From the NCBI GenBank assembly GCA_030704615.1, contig CM060731.1, positions 73,532,001 to 73,596,000 of the forward strand: a stretch of 64,000 nt of DNA, read 5' to 3'. This stretch comes from Takakia lepidozioides (taxonomy: Eukaryota; Plantae; Bryophyta). A model generated the notes under the pieces. It was given only the letters and a program-made list of their open reading frames with translations, searched no databases and was not told the DNA's origin. This document shows, in pieces, positions 47,690 to 59,400 of the stretch (positions within the stretch are counted from its first letter, which is position 1; the number at the start of each line of letters is the position of its first letter). The translations under genes and the position numbers were made by a program.

Positions 47690-50238
47690 CGACGGCTACG
47701 GGATTGGCTCAAGCCCTTTAATCATCTCATACGTTCGCACCTTGGGCACACAATTAACAGAAGCCCTTAATGATCCTGGCCGCTTAGGCCTAATTTATCA
47801 AGGACTTCTTAAATTTCTTGCTTTAAAATACAATGGACTCTACTCTCTCCCATCACTGCACTCCCAGGCCTGCCTACACTCCCCTACCGCATGCAGACTG
47901 CTCATCCTTCGTCAGATGAAGATTAGTATACAAACTGACCTACCAGACTATCCCAACACCTCTTCACCACTAGAATTCGCATGGCTCACAAGCCCCTTTC
48001 TCTCTCAGTTTGAAACTTCTCACCCTAAGCAAAAAACACCCATCATTGCCTATTTTTAAAAGTGACATATTACCACTCTCACCCAACTCACAACAGCTAC
48101 ATGGCATCGACTCCTAAAATCCACCGAATTTACCCTTAAGTACTCCAAAGCTACGATCAAAATCAACCGTTATTTACACCACCTTCGCTCCATATTTTGC
48201 CACCCTTCAGCATCATGTACCCGAGATTGTGAGATCCCCTGCCTATACTTTCCTCACACGCCCCACGACTTACTACCCCAATATAGATCTACTCCAGCTG
48301 CCTCCATATTCCAAAAACTTAAAGAGTCATACAACAACAACACCTCCACAACCACCTATCCTGACACATCCATTGACCCCCACCCACCCTCCTCACCATC
48401 CCCTACTCAAAGTGCCACATTAGACCACGATTGCCCTCAACCACCTTCTCACCTCTATAACGACATATTAGAATCCCCTACCCCCTCCCATTAACCCCCC
48501 TCACGCCACTCCCCACCCCCCCCACACAACCCCGATAACCCCAATGTCTTCATCATTGAAGATATCTTTGCAATTAAAACCCAAACTTCACTAGATTCTT
48601 TCGGAGCTACTTGTGTTGATACATTTTATTGCTGTAAATGGGTTGGCTACCCAGAATATGACAGCACATGGCAGATTGAAGACAACCTCTTTGGCCCACA
48701 CGATGACTGCGACCCTGACCACAATCTTACCCTCCTTACCGCCTTTCACAAACGCACCAACACTAACTACCTCACTCATATACATCAACAACACGCCTCC
48801 CCCGCCCAACCTGTTGATAATCGCTACATACATAACCCGATAGTTTCCCCCAACATACGCGTTTGTACGACCAAATGCAACCCCGATAAAGACATAGACC
48901 ATGACCCCCCAATGATCCATATCGGCCCCTGCTTCTCCAATATTTATGATCCCTACGGCCGCTTCATTGGCCTTATCCCTAACAACATGATAGCCTGGCT
49001 ATGGGAATTAAAATACTCCACTCAACTCATAAACTCGCAAATTCTACAACCTCCCAAACAAGACTTTGCCACCCAATTATACTGGCTTGTAGACCGCTAC
49101 CATAAAGATACCCCTGTCAAAAAACCATGTATCCCTAACAGACTAGCCATGGCTTACGCTCATACTACTATACCCCATGACATCCTCGCACTACTCATCA
49201 AATCCTTCAAACTCATTCACTCATACTACTCCAGCTCACTCACATGCCCTATGGAACTACAGTCATTTGCCAGTCCACGCTACAAAGACTGTATCTTCGG
49301 CGCCACAGGTACTGCCGCTCAGCACACCTGGGCTGGTAGAGGCCTTGCCCATCCCCCCTTCGGTACCCTCATTCATGAAGCTCTTCAATGGGCCCGCTTC
49401 GCTGCTCAAACATCTCCTTATGCTCCCACCATTCTTATCCTCATGTGCATAACAAAAATCATCTAATGATTCACATCTTTTCCTATGCCTCCCCGTCGGG
49501 GTCAATCTTCTAGCCACAATCGAACCAGCCCAACTTAAATACGTGCATACCCCGCCTCTCCCCAAATACCTCCGACATAAGGAACTCACTCTAACCCTAA
49601 TCGTACATGTCCAACACTCTCCCCTTGCCACTATACCAATACCCTTCCTAAACCAGCTAAACCGCTTCTTAACCCGAACACACAAAATGAAGGCTGCCAC
49701 CCACCACCCAACTACCCACTGTCGATCCACCTCTTCCTACAACGATACATTAACCTCACTCCCCACAATCAGACCAAACAAAGTTTGGGTTAGGGCGCAA
49801 CCATGTCCCCCCCAAGCCACCCCGCCCACACCCACACCCCCTATACCCCCAATATACCAACAAAATATTCCTCTCAGATATCTCCCCTCTAACTCTCACT
49901 ACACTGACGGCTCCCTTATCAAATCTAATGCCGGTTACGGCGTATACCACGCTGCCACCGACCAAGGCACTTCCCTCAGGCTACCTGGCCCCCAACATAT
50001 TGCGTGAGAACTCATGGTCATATTCGAAGCACTTTCCCTACTAGATACCTTTTCTCCCCCATACTATATCTTTACAGATAGCCTTAATTCACTCATCCTC
50101 ATCCGAAACCACATCTCCCGTCCCTCCTCCCACCATCACCACCCCCACCGCAACCTCATTACCGCCATCGTTAACCTCGCTCTCTCCAAAGGTCACCCCA
50201 TCCATTTCCTCAAAGTTCGCTCACACACCGGCATTCAA
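47690..50238 (+). mobile_element. 5'-truncated Dualen/RandI-like LINE copy: post-RT region, chromodomain remnant, PCIF1-like MTase region, RNase H
   Basis: Colinear with the minus-strand LINE (LGTQL.E.LNDPGRLGLIY.GLLKFLA.KYNG). RNase H motifs HYTDGS..ELMVIFEAL..IFTDSLNS..FLKVRSHTGI. Confidence 0.8.
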
Positions 50239-50634
50239 TAGTCGCTGGCAGCGACGCATGGGCGTCGCTTAGCGTACCACCCGGCTGACTCCCGGGCAGG
50301 TTAGAAAAAAAAAAAATGCGATGCCACGCCGGCGCCCCCACCCCCACCAACGCCGTCGGCTGGAGGGCAGCGACGGCGAGACGTCGCTCGAAGAGGCTCC
50401 TGCCATTGGCGCGGACGGCCTGAAAAACCAACGTCTGGCAGTCGCGGGAGTTGGGGCGGGGGCTCTCGACCCCCATCCGTCGCATTTTTGCGATGTCATT
50501 TTGGCGACGCCTTGCGACTGCAGGGCGACGGCCGGGCGTCGCAAATTCTGCGCCTCCCGCGTGCCCGAAAAGGGCGTTTTCCCGATGTTGCGGCGTGGCG
50601 CGGGCATAACAAAGGCCCCACTTTTCCTGTAGTG
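50239..50634 (-). mobile_element. Inverted left terminus of the large CACTA element
   Basis: Ends ...TTTTCCTGTAGTG (reverse complement CACTACAGGAAAA), followed by TAC; carries the same GCGAC/GTCGC subterminal repeats as 55900-56447. Confidence 0.8.
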
Positions 50635-50735
50635 TACCCACCAGCCCACTCCCACTACGTTGATGGATCCCTTACCGACTCCCGAGCTGGATATGGTATT
50701 TTTCATGCTGCAACCAACCAAGGCGTTGCCCTATG
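50635..50735 (+). mobile_element. Inverted LINE fragment (start of RNase H) continuing the minus-strand LINE broken at 56448
   Basis: YPPAHSHYVDGSLTDSRAGYGIFHAATNQG continues ...QHALPLRY of the minus-strand copy; compare PLRYLPSNSHYTDGS in the plus-strand copy. Confidence 0.8.
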
Positions 50736-50817
50736 CTCCTTGTCCAATATCTCGTACCAGAATTGGACTGCCTGAGCTTCCGTAACCCCTTTGGTTACAT
50801 TAATCAAGCGCCTCATG
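50735..50817 (-). mobile_element. ~83-bp gag fragment of the DNMT-Gypsy family (filler DNA)
   Basis: Encodes MRRLINVTKGVTEAQAVQFWYEILDKE, nearly identical to gag at ~23983-24065. Confidence 0.9.
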
Positions 50818-53800
50818 TTTTTTCCATTATTTTTTTGTCCCATGTTTTGCATGGATGTTGTGGTGCAAAGCCCGATGTCACAGAACAAAAATAGAGCTAA
50901 AAATAAAATCATTACGCCCCTCAAAACCACAATCATATATTTTCTAAAGGCAAATATTTATTTTAAATTCATTTAAATTCGATTTAATTCAAAATTGGTG
51001 CAAAGGGTGAGTGCGTCGTTGGGGAGGCAATTTTTTCTTTTTTTCTTTTTTTCTTCCTGCTGGATCTTTGTACAGGTGTTGCACACATATTTAAGCACAT
51101 GTAGGAAAAAATGAAGCTTGAGCCACATCCGTTTGTTGGGTGCAATGGCATGAGAGGGTTTTCTTTCACATTAATAAACAAAAATTGATTGATAGGGTGA
51201 ATGCGTCATTGGGGGGGCAAATGATTTTGTTTGGGTTTGAAACTTTGCATGCGTGTACGTTGCGCACATACATGTAATTATTGAATGACATATTTGATGC
51301 ACACACACATTGAAGGTTGTTGTTTGCATTTCGCTTATAATGAAGTGTATGGTTGCAAGGACACATTATAATATATGTCCCTATGTTCATTTGTTCGTAT
51401 CAGGACTTTGTCCATCCCTTCCCGGTCTTTTCTCTTGGCACCCCATCTGAAAACAACCCAAGTACATCAGGCGGGAGCTGTGGGCGAGACACCGCCCCCA
51501 CGGTACCGGACGATGATGACGATGACAGTGATAGTGACAGTAACAACAACAATGAGCATAGAATTAACCAAGAGGATGTGCAAGCCATGAAGGATCTCTT
51601 AATGCATCATGTGGGTGCTGATGCATCCCATGAAGAGGGAACCCGGCCAATCGATGATCTTGAAATGGCCCCCTCAAATGACATGGAGAGGGAGGCGAGA
51701 ACTCCCTTGTACGAAGGGGCGAAAATGAGTCGACTTTCAAACAATTTTACTTTTGCTCAATCTTCAAATTCGATTTGGCATAAGTAATGTTGGGATGTTT
51801 GCCATAATGCGAACTATTGCAGACTATATCCTTGCTCCACACTTGAAACCCAAGATGCCACGGTCGTGGAAAGAGGCGCGCAAAGTCTTGGACTCTGTGG
51901 GGACGAGCTATAAGATTTTTCATGCATGTCCATGTGATAAAACCCTATACTACGGAGAGGATTCGCATCTCACCAAGTGCCCAAAGTGCAAGAAAGACCG
52001 ATATCGGGATGATGTCCAAGGGAAAAAAGTACCACGCAAGGTATAAGCGTCATTCCCCCTCACATGGAGATTATTAGAGAGTAGTACTCATGCAAGATCT
52101 GATTGTGGTTTTGGAAGGAGTGAGTGAGGAGTGGAAGGAACGACGTTTGGTTTTGACCATTCACACCCAAATGAGGGAGAGGCTACATAAAGGGAAAGAC
52201 ATAAGGGTGTTGTATTATGTGTGCTAATGGGATGATTACATGTGGGGGGCGTGGGGTATTTCATCCTAGAAAATGCATTACTTTCCGATCATCCCGCGAT
52301 TGAGGGCACAATACCGAAGCCCCGAATTGGCCAGACTCATGAGATGGCATGCCTTGCATCGGAGCCCCCCGGGAAAGGTGTGCGGGCCACAAGATTCACA
52401 AGCATGGAGGCATATTGAAGAGATGTGGCTTTTTCTCTTGGAGGACCCACGACATGTCCACCTCGGCTTCTCTTCGGATGGGGTCAACCCATTCTCTGTC
52501 CAGTCATGTAGTCATTCCACTTGGCCGGTGACCATGGTGAATTACAACATCCCTCGTATCTTTCAATTAAAAAAGGCCATATCATGTTGGATGCCATTGT
52601 GCCAGGTGAGTGTACTCATTTCATGTTTATTATTGCCTTGGACTTTACATTAAACTTCTGATCTTTGCCGCAATTCGGATGCAAGATTGATGAGTGACAT
52701 AATCATGGAGTAAGACGTGTAATTCATTTTGTAGTATAATCTGCATATTGGTGGAGCATTGAAACAATGATGTGAATGTCTCAAAGGGAAAAAACAAGTG
52801 GCAAACATGGACACGTACTTGCGACCTCTTGTTGATGAACTTAAAGAGCTATGGAGGGGGGTCCCGGCATTGGATACTTCACTTGACCCTATGGCCAGAC
52901 AATCTTTTCAGATGAGAGGCATCTTGCTTTGGACAATGCATGATTATCCAGGTATATTATGTTCCCCATGAACAACCCGTGTACATTCACTTGTCAATGC
53001 CGGATGAGGATGAGGATTGGGATTGATTGAAGTAGCGGCGACAGTCTTGTGCACCGTAGTGGGGTAGATGGCATTATGGGCCATGCACATGACAACTTTT
53101 TGTTTTTGCTAATGTGGCGGGATGTGTAGTATAGGACTAACTGTTTGCTCGGGCTAAGCACCAAAGGGTACCATGCATGCTTGCATTGTGGCGATGATCT
53201 TGATGCACATAGCTCCCGCCATCTTCACAAGATGGTATATCCCAACTACCGCAAATTTCTTCCTATGAGCCATCGATGGAGAAGAAGAGAGAAACACTTG
53301 TTTGATGGCAAAGAGGAAGTACGCCCCCCCCCCCCCCCCCCTATGACACCGTCCGGGCAGTTTTGGGAGGACCGATGGAAGGAGCCCATGCGGGCACGGA
53401 CGGTGAAGTGGACGTGCCCGGCATGAAACAACTTTCAATCTTCTACGAGTTGTCATATTGGGCGGTACATATTCCACAAAAACACCGTCAATATCCCTAT
53501 GCATGCATGTGATATTGCACATTTGGTATGCATTGCATTGTCACTTCACGCAAAAAAATTGTGTAAGTCTTTGTGGGTGGGGATATATGTAGGACCTGAA
53601 GATTCGTCATCTTCTAGATCCCATGCATATTGAGAAGAATGTCTGCTCGTCCCTTTTTCGGGTTCTTCATGGCACGTCGGCAAAGAAGGGAGTGGCTGCA
53701 AAAGGAGATTCTCTCGGTGTTAGAAAGGAGCTTAAGAAGCAGGGTCGCATGCGCCATCTATGGGCCGAACAAAATGGTGTGGACCCAAAGGGTGTTGTAC

Positions 53801-55848
53801 GGTGGAAGTATAGGCGCGCACCTTGGCAATGGACAAAGGAGGAATACAAGAAAGTGATAGCCACCATAAGTGCTGTCCAAACACCAACTGATTATGGGTC
53901 ATCCCTCCGTACGAAGTTCAGCGAAGAAGACGGGGTCCATGGTTTGAAGTCTCATGACTACCACAATCTATTGCAAGACATCTTGCCCATTGCAGTACGT
54001 GGGACATTGACTCCCGAGGTTCGTGAGACAATCTATAGATTGGGAGGCTTGTTCCGGTGGATTTGCTTCAAAGAGTTGGAAGAAGCAGATTTTCCACGCA
54101 TGAAGAAGGAGGCGGCGGAGGTAATGTGTATGTTGCAGATGCACCTTCATCCCTCCTTCTTTGATATCCAAGTGCACTTGGTAGTGCACTTAGTGGAAGA
54201 GGCTTCGATTGCCGGCCCCGTTCATTCTCGGTGGATGTACTTCCTTGAGCGTTATATGAAGACTTTGAAATGATTTGTAAGACAAATGGCGCACCCGGAG
54301 GGTAGCATGGCAGAGGGGTATACGTTGCAAGAAGCTATGTTCTATTGCACGAAGTACATAGCAAGGCTGGATGAGGAATCCCCTCGGATGTGGAAGGAAG
54401 AGGAGGATGCATGAACCAATGACATCGTTTTGCCCAAAAAATCGAAGAGGGTAAAATTGCCGACCTTGGTGATTGAGCAAGCGCATGACTTCATACTGAA
54501 GAACACCCCATCCATACATGAGTGGGAGACAAGATACAATAATCTTGTTCAGCAACGAGAGGAGGAGACACTTGCATGGAGGCGGAACCATCCAAGGCCG
54601 GTTACTAGACGCCCACGACGAGGAGCGGGCCACCGGAATGTTCCTTCACAAAATTTGCCCATGGAATTGCAGCTTCTAAGTTCATTCCAATAGTGGCTTT
54701 GGACTTCAGTGTATGATGTCGTTGCTCAAGGAGAGGTGGTTTCAGATTTGGTGCAAGACATTGCAAGGGGCCCCTCAATTCGTGACCTCATACACAGTGG
54801 TTTGGGTTCACGGTCGTCATTTCCTCATTCGTGCTCTTGACATGAAACGCAAAACAACCTTTGATTCTGGCTTGTGTGCCACATATTGGCAAGACTCCGT
54901 GTGGGGCAAGGGAGATACACGACCTGCTATGAGCACACTTGAGTACATTGGAGAGCTTGAGAGCATACTCCAACTTCAGTATACAAGGTATCAGCCTCCT
55001 TCAAGGGAAGGTGGTTCCAGCCACATCTTGTGGGGCCCTCCACAACACTAGTGCAAGATGATTGTGGTTTCATGCGCGTCAATGCAGATTGGCTCAACCC
55101 TACTCATCGTTCATCCGATGAGTTTTTTTCACGGCCTTCAGACATGGAGCAAGTTTTCTTCTCCGATGACAAAACAAGAGGGGGGAATTGGAAGGTGGTT
55201 GTGCATGCTCAGCCAAGAGGAAGACGTATCTATCATGGTCTCGGATCTCTATGGGGTGAGGCAATTGCGGTGGACGGAGAGACTGGTCATAATGATGCTG
55301 ATGATGGAGGTTGGGTAGAGGGGGTAGAAGAGGATGATGACGCCCCGGACAATGCATCCTGGACCCTATATGATGAAGCTCTAGAAGATACAGATGTTGG
55401 AGAAGGAGACGAAGACACGGCCATTGACAACGAGGTGGAGGATGATTCGGAGGTGCCTTTTGAGGGCTAGGCCATTTATGACGATGACTTCGATGACCAA
55501 GAAAACTTGCAGCTTGATGAGGATGAAGAGGCTCCGGATGATGATGTTCAAGTTGATTAGACACAAAATCAAAGCTACATAACAATTCTCGCACCGAACT
55601 GGACCTATCCCTTCGATTGATTGTACATGTACATGCATATTGTACTTTATTTCTATGATTCATCAAATATGGATGTGGCTGGTAGTCTTTCAAGAAAGAA
55701 GGCAGATGCAATGAATATGTTGGAGCAACACATACAGATGTGGTATCAAGAGAATTATCAAAATGAATGTCACAACCTACGAGAAGATCCACAACAACAA
55801 ACTAAACCATAAAGAAAAACAAACACCCTACCCCAGTACCATATGGAA

Positions 55849-55880
<32 letters not shown>

Positions 55881-56447
55881 CCCCAAAGGCCCTAAACCTA
55901 AACCTAGAAAGCCCTGTCGTCGCCTCCTGCGACCCCCACGCATCGCAAACTGCGACGCGTTTTCTTGGATTTATGAGGCCGGGGGTCGCAAACGGCGACG
56001 GACAGCCGTCGCAAACTGTGACATGTTTTTTTTTGTTTTGAAAGAATAGGGCAGCTGGGCAGTTTGCGACGCCCGGCCATCGCAGGGGCCTTTTGCCCTT
56101 CATGCCACCATGCGACGGCCGGGCGTCACAAGAAAGGGCTGCGTTGAAAGAAATGGCAAGAAATGGTTTTTTTTTTTTTTTTTTTCCGGCGTGCGCGACC
56201 GGCCGTCGCCAGAAAGGGCTGCCTTCTGCCCTTCGCTGGGGGCGACGCTTAGGCGTCGCACGGAAGGGCTGCCATTTTCCCTTCATCACTCCTGCGACGG
56301 CCAGGTTTCACTCCCGTGGGGTTTGATTGCGACGGCCCGGCGTTGCAAACACGCTCCGCGGGTTGGCGTCGCACCCTCGAAGCCGCGCGGGGCGTGGGGG
56401 CGCGGCTGGCGTCGCAAACCCCTCCCCCCCCCCAATTTGCTGTAGTG
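50818..56447 (+). mobile_element. CACTA/En-Spm element body and right terminus
   Basis: Ends ...AATTTGCTGTAGTG followed by GTA; GCGAC-rich subterminal repeats; contains a Tnp2-like gene. Confidence 0.9.
51400..55470 (+). pseudogene. Spliced CACTA (TnpD/Tnp2-like) transposase with stops and frameshifts
   Basis: HACPCD..CPKC..RY; YFPIIPRL; LGFSSDGVNPF..STWPV..NYNIP; HDYPG; DPMHIEKNV; GLKSHDYH; FFDIQVHLVVHL..GPVHSRWMYFLERYMKTLK*..PEGSMAEGY; QVFF..W.VV. Confidence 0.93.
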
Positions 56448-59400
56448 GTATCTAAGGGGTAGAGCATGTTGGGATACTAGGGTGCATTATGAATGGGCAT
56501 GAGAAGTGGGAAGGGGGGGGGGGGGGGGAAGCGCTCTAGACCATGTTTTACATGTGTTTATTCTAGGGTGGGGGCTGGGAGTAGCGGGTTGGGGTGGGGG
56601 GGATAGGAAATGTGGTAGCCTTCATGCCGTGCATGTCAATTGGGAGGCGAGTGAGGCGGGAGGGAAAGTCGGTGGGTATGATGGCAGTGGTGGGGGTGCG
56701 ATGAACAAGTAATATATAGGGTTAGGGTGGGCTCTCGGTGTTTTAGGTACTTGGGAAGGGGTGATGTGCGGGTGTATTGGATCTGGTCTGGGTCGATAGC
56801 AGCTAGAGGTGTAACCTCAGGGGGGAGGTGGAGGAGGGGGTGCCTGGAGGTTGGCAGTTGTTGGTGTGTTAGAAGAAGGATGGTGGCAGCAGAGGGGGAG
56901 GATTGGGCTGCGAGGCGGGCCCATTGGAAAGCATCATGCGTGGATGCCCCTTGGGGCGGGTGTGCGAATCCGCGACCAGCCCATGTATGTTGTGTGGCAG
57001 AGCCGGAGGCTCCGAAGATGCAATCCCGGGGGTGTGGGCTAGAGTATGACGAGAGTTCCATGGGGCATGTAAGTGGGCTAGAATAATAAGAGTGTGTGAT
57101 TTGAAAAGAGGTTATAAGAAATGCTAAGATGTCAAGTGGGAGGGTAGTATGAGAGTAGGCTTGTGTTAGTTTGGGGAGGGTGTGGGGTTTTTTGGGGGGA
57201 GTATCGCTCAAGTAGCGGTCAACAAGCCAGCATACTTCAGTGGCAAAGTCTTGCCTACTAGGGGGTAGTAGCTGACTAGATGGCAAGTTTGAAGTTGAGA
57301 ATCTGTGCAATAGCCATGTCTATCGTTTGGAATGAGTCCGATGTATTGAACATGAGGAGCGTACAGACTGGACATACGTTTGCCAGAGCATATTGTAGGG
57401 GAGATGTGCATGATGTCTTTGTCAGGGTTGCATACCGTGATGCAGACATGCACCTCAGGAGCAGCTAGGGGATTATGGACGTATCTGGTGTCCACCAACT
57501 GGGTTTGGGAGGCATGTTGTTGGTGTATATGGGCAAGGTAATTAGTGTTAGTCGACTTATGAAATACGGTGAGGAGGTCCATGTTATGGGCCGGGTCACA
57601 ATCGTCATGGGACCCGAAAAGGTCATCCTCTCATTGCCAGGTATTGTCTTCCGATGGGTAGCCAGCCCATTTACATAGGTAAAAAGTGTGTAGACATGTG
57701 GCGCCGAATTCATTGAGTTCTGATTCCTAAAATAGCTTCGATAATGAAGGCTTCCGGATTGTCTTGATTGGTAGAGTGCGGGGTTGGGGGTGATGACGGG
57801 TGAGCTGAGCATAGTAGGGTAGTGGAGGGTTGGGTGGAGGTGTGGGGGGTAGCTGGGCCAGAAGAGGTGGGTGTGGCCCGGTTTGACCTGGACTCTAGAG
57901 TGGAGGTCAGGTGGCAGGATGGAGAAAGGGGGTTGTCAGTAGTTGTAGGGTCGATGGAAGACTTAGAAGCTTTGAGCATATGGAGAATAGAGGGGGCTGG
58001 GTTTGATCTATATTGAGGAAGGAGATCATGTTTGTTATGTGGGAAAAGTGTGTAGGATAGGTCACACTAAAGTGTGCAAGAAGTGGTCCGATGGCAAAAC
58101 AGGGATCGGAGGTGGGATAGGTATCTACAAGTTTTGACGGTGGCTTTGGAGTATTTGAGAGTGAATTCACAGGGAGTGAGTAGTCGGTAGCCGGAGGCTG
58201 TGGTGAATTGGGCGAGTGTCGTAATGTGTCTTACTTTGAAGTAGGTGAGTACGTGCCTTTTTTGGCGAGGGTGTAGTTCTTCAAATTCGGGAAGAAATGG
58301 ACTATTGAGCCATGCTTGTTCAAGAGGTGAGGTGGTGTTAGGATAGCCAGGAAGATCGGTTTGTATGCTAATGTTCATTTGGCGTAGGATGTACAAAGTT
58401 TGAGTAGTGGGAGAGTGGCGGCAAGATTGGTAGTAAAGGGTTGGGGACAGTAGAGGCCATTGTATTTGGTAGCTAGGAATTTGAGGAGACCTCTATAGAT
58501 AAGGCCTAGTCGTCCGGGGTCATTGAGAACTTCTTGTAGCTGTGTACCGAGGGTACGGGCGTAGGAGGTAATTAGTGGGCTGGTACCTATGCCATAGCTA
58601 TCAGTTGGGAGTTGGGTAAAGGCGTTGGGGGTGCTAGTGGGAGGGCCACATATGTTTGGTGAGTTGAGTGAAGTGTTTGTCAATTGATTTGATATCTGGG
58701 AGGGAGAAGGGTGCTGTATGGAAGGAGTATTGGACTTGTGGCTTGAGTACGGATTGAATGAGAGAGAGTTTGGGGCGGATAGAAATTGGGGATTTGACGA
58801 GGGCCAGGCTCCTGTCTGTCAGTTTAGAGATCGTAGTGTTTTTTTCACTACAACAGATCGCGGTAGTTATGACTGCCAAACCGTGGTAGTAATGGTTTTC
58901 ATGACTTTGACCATGACTGCACCATGTTTTTATATGAAATTGATCTCCCGCAGTTGTTCATACGACTGTAGTTATATGAACGACTATCTAAATAGTCGTC
59001 TGTATGACTACATGGCTCCGGAATGGGTGGAAGGCTGGTCAACGACAATTGACCAGATTTAGCTCACCATTTATAGTCATTTCCATGACTACAGTGTACA
59101 TGGATGAGGTTACGTAGTCATGATGACTATTGGGGATTTTGTAATTTGGTGTGTATAATACAATTAAAACACCATATGATCATATGAATGATTAATGGGT
59201 GTATTGGTTAACAGGTAGTGAACTATAACTCTTATAATAAAGAGGTTGGAGGTTCAAACTCCTCTAAGTACAATCAAATGGATAAGATGGCCCTAGGATT
59301 AGTAGGCGAGCTAGGGATAGCACGTGGTACCCTAGATGGACTGCCACGTGGTTTTTTCATTATTATAAAATGCATTATGCCATGTGGCACAATGCGGTGC

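Noticed and set aside
50236-50634. Independent small CACTA element (CAATAG...TAGTG)
   Set aside because: The left side has no matching TIR or TSD; the TAC flank pairs with the terminus at 56447 instead.
55870-55910. Interstitial telomeric repeat (CCCTAAACCTAAACCTA)
   Set aside because: Only two or three degenerate units inside CACTA subterminal DNA.
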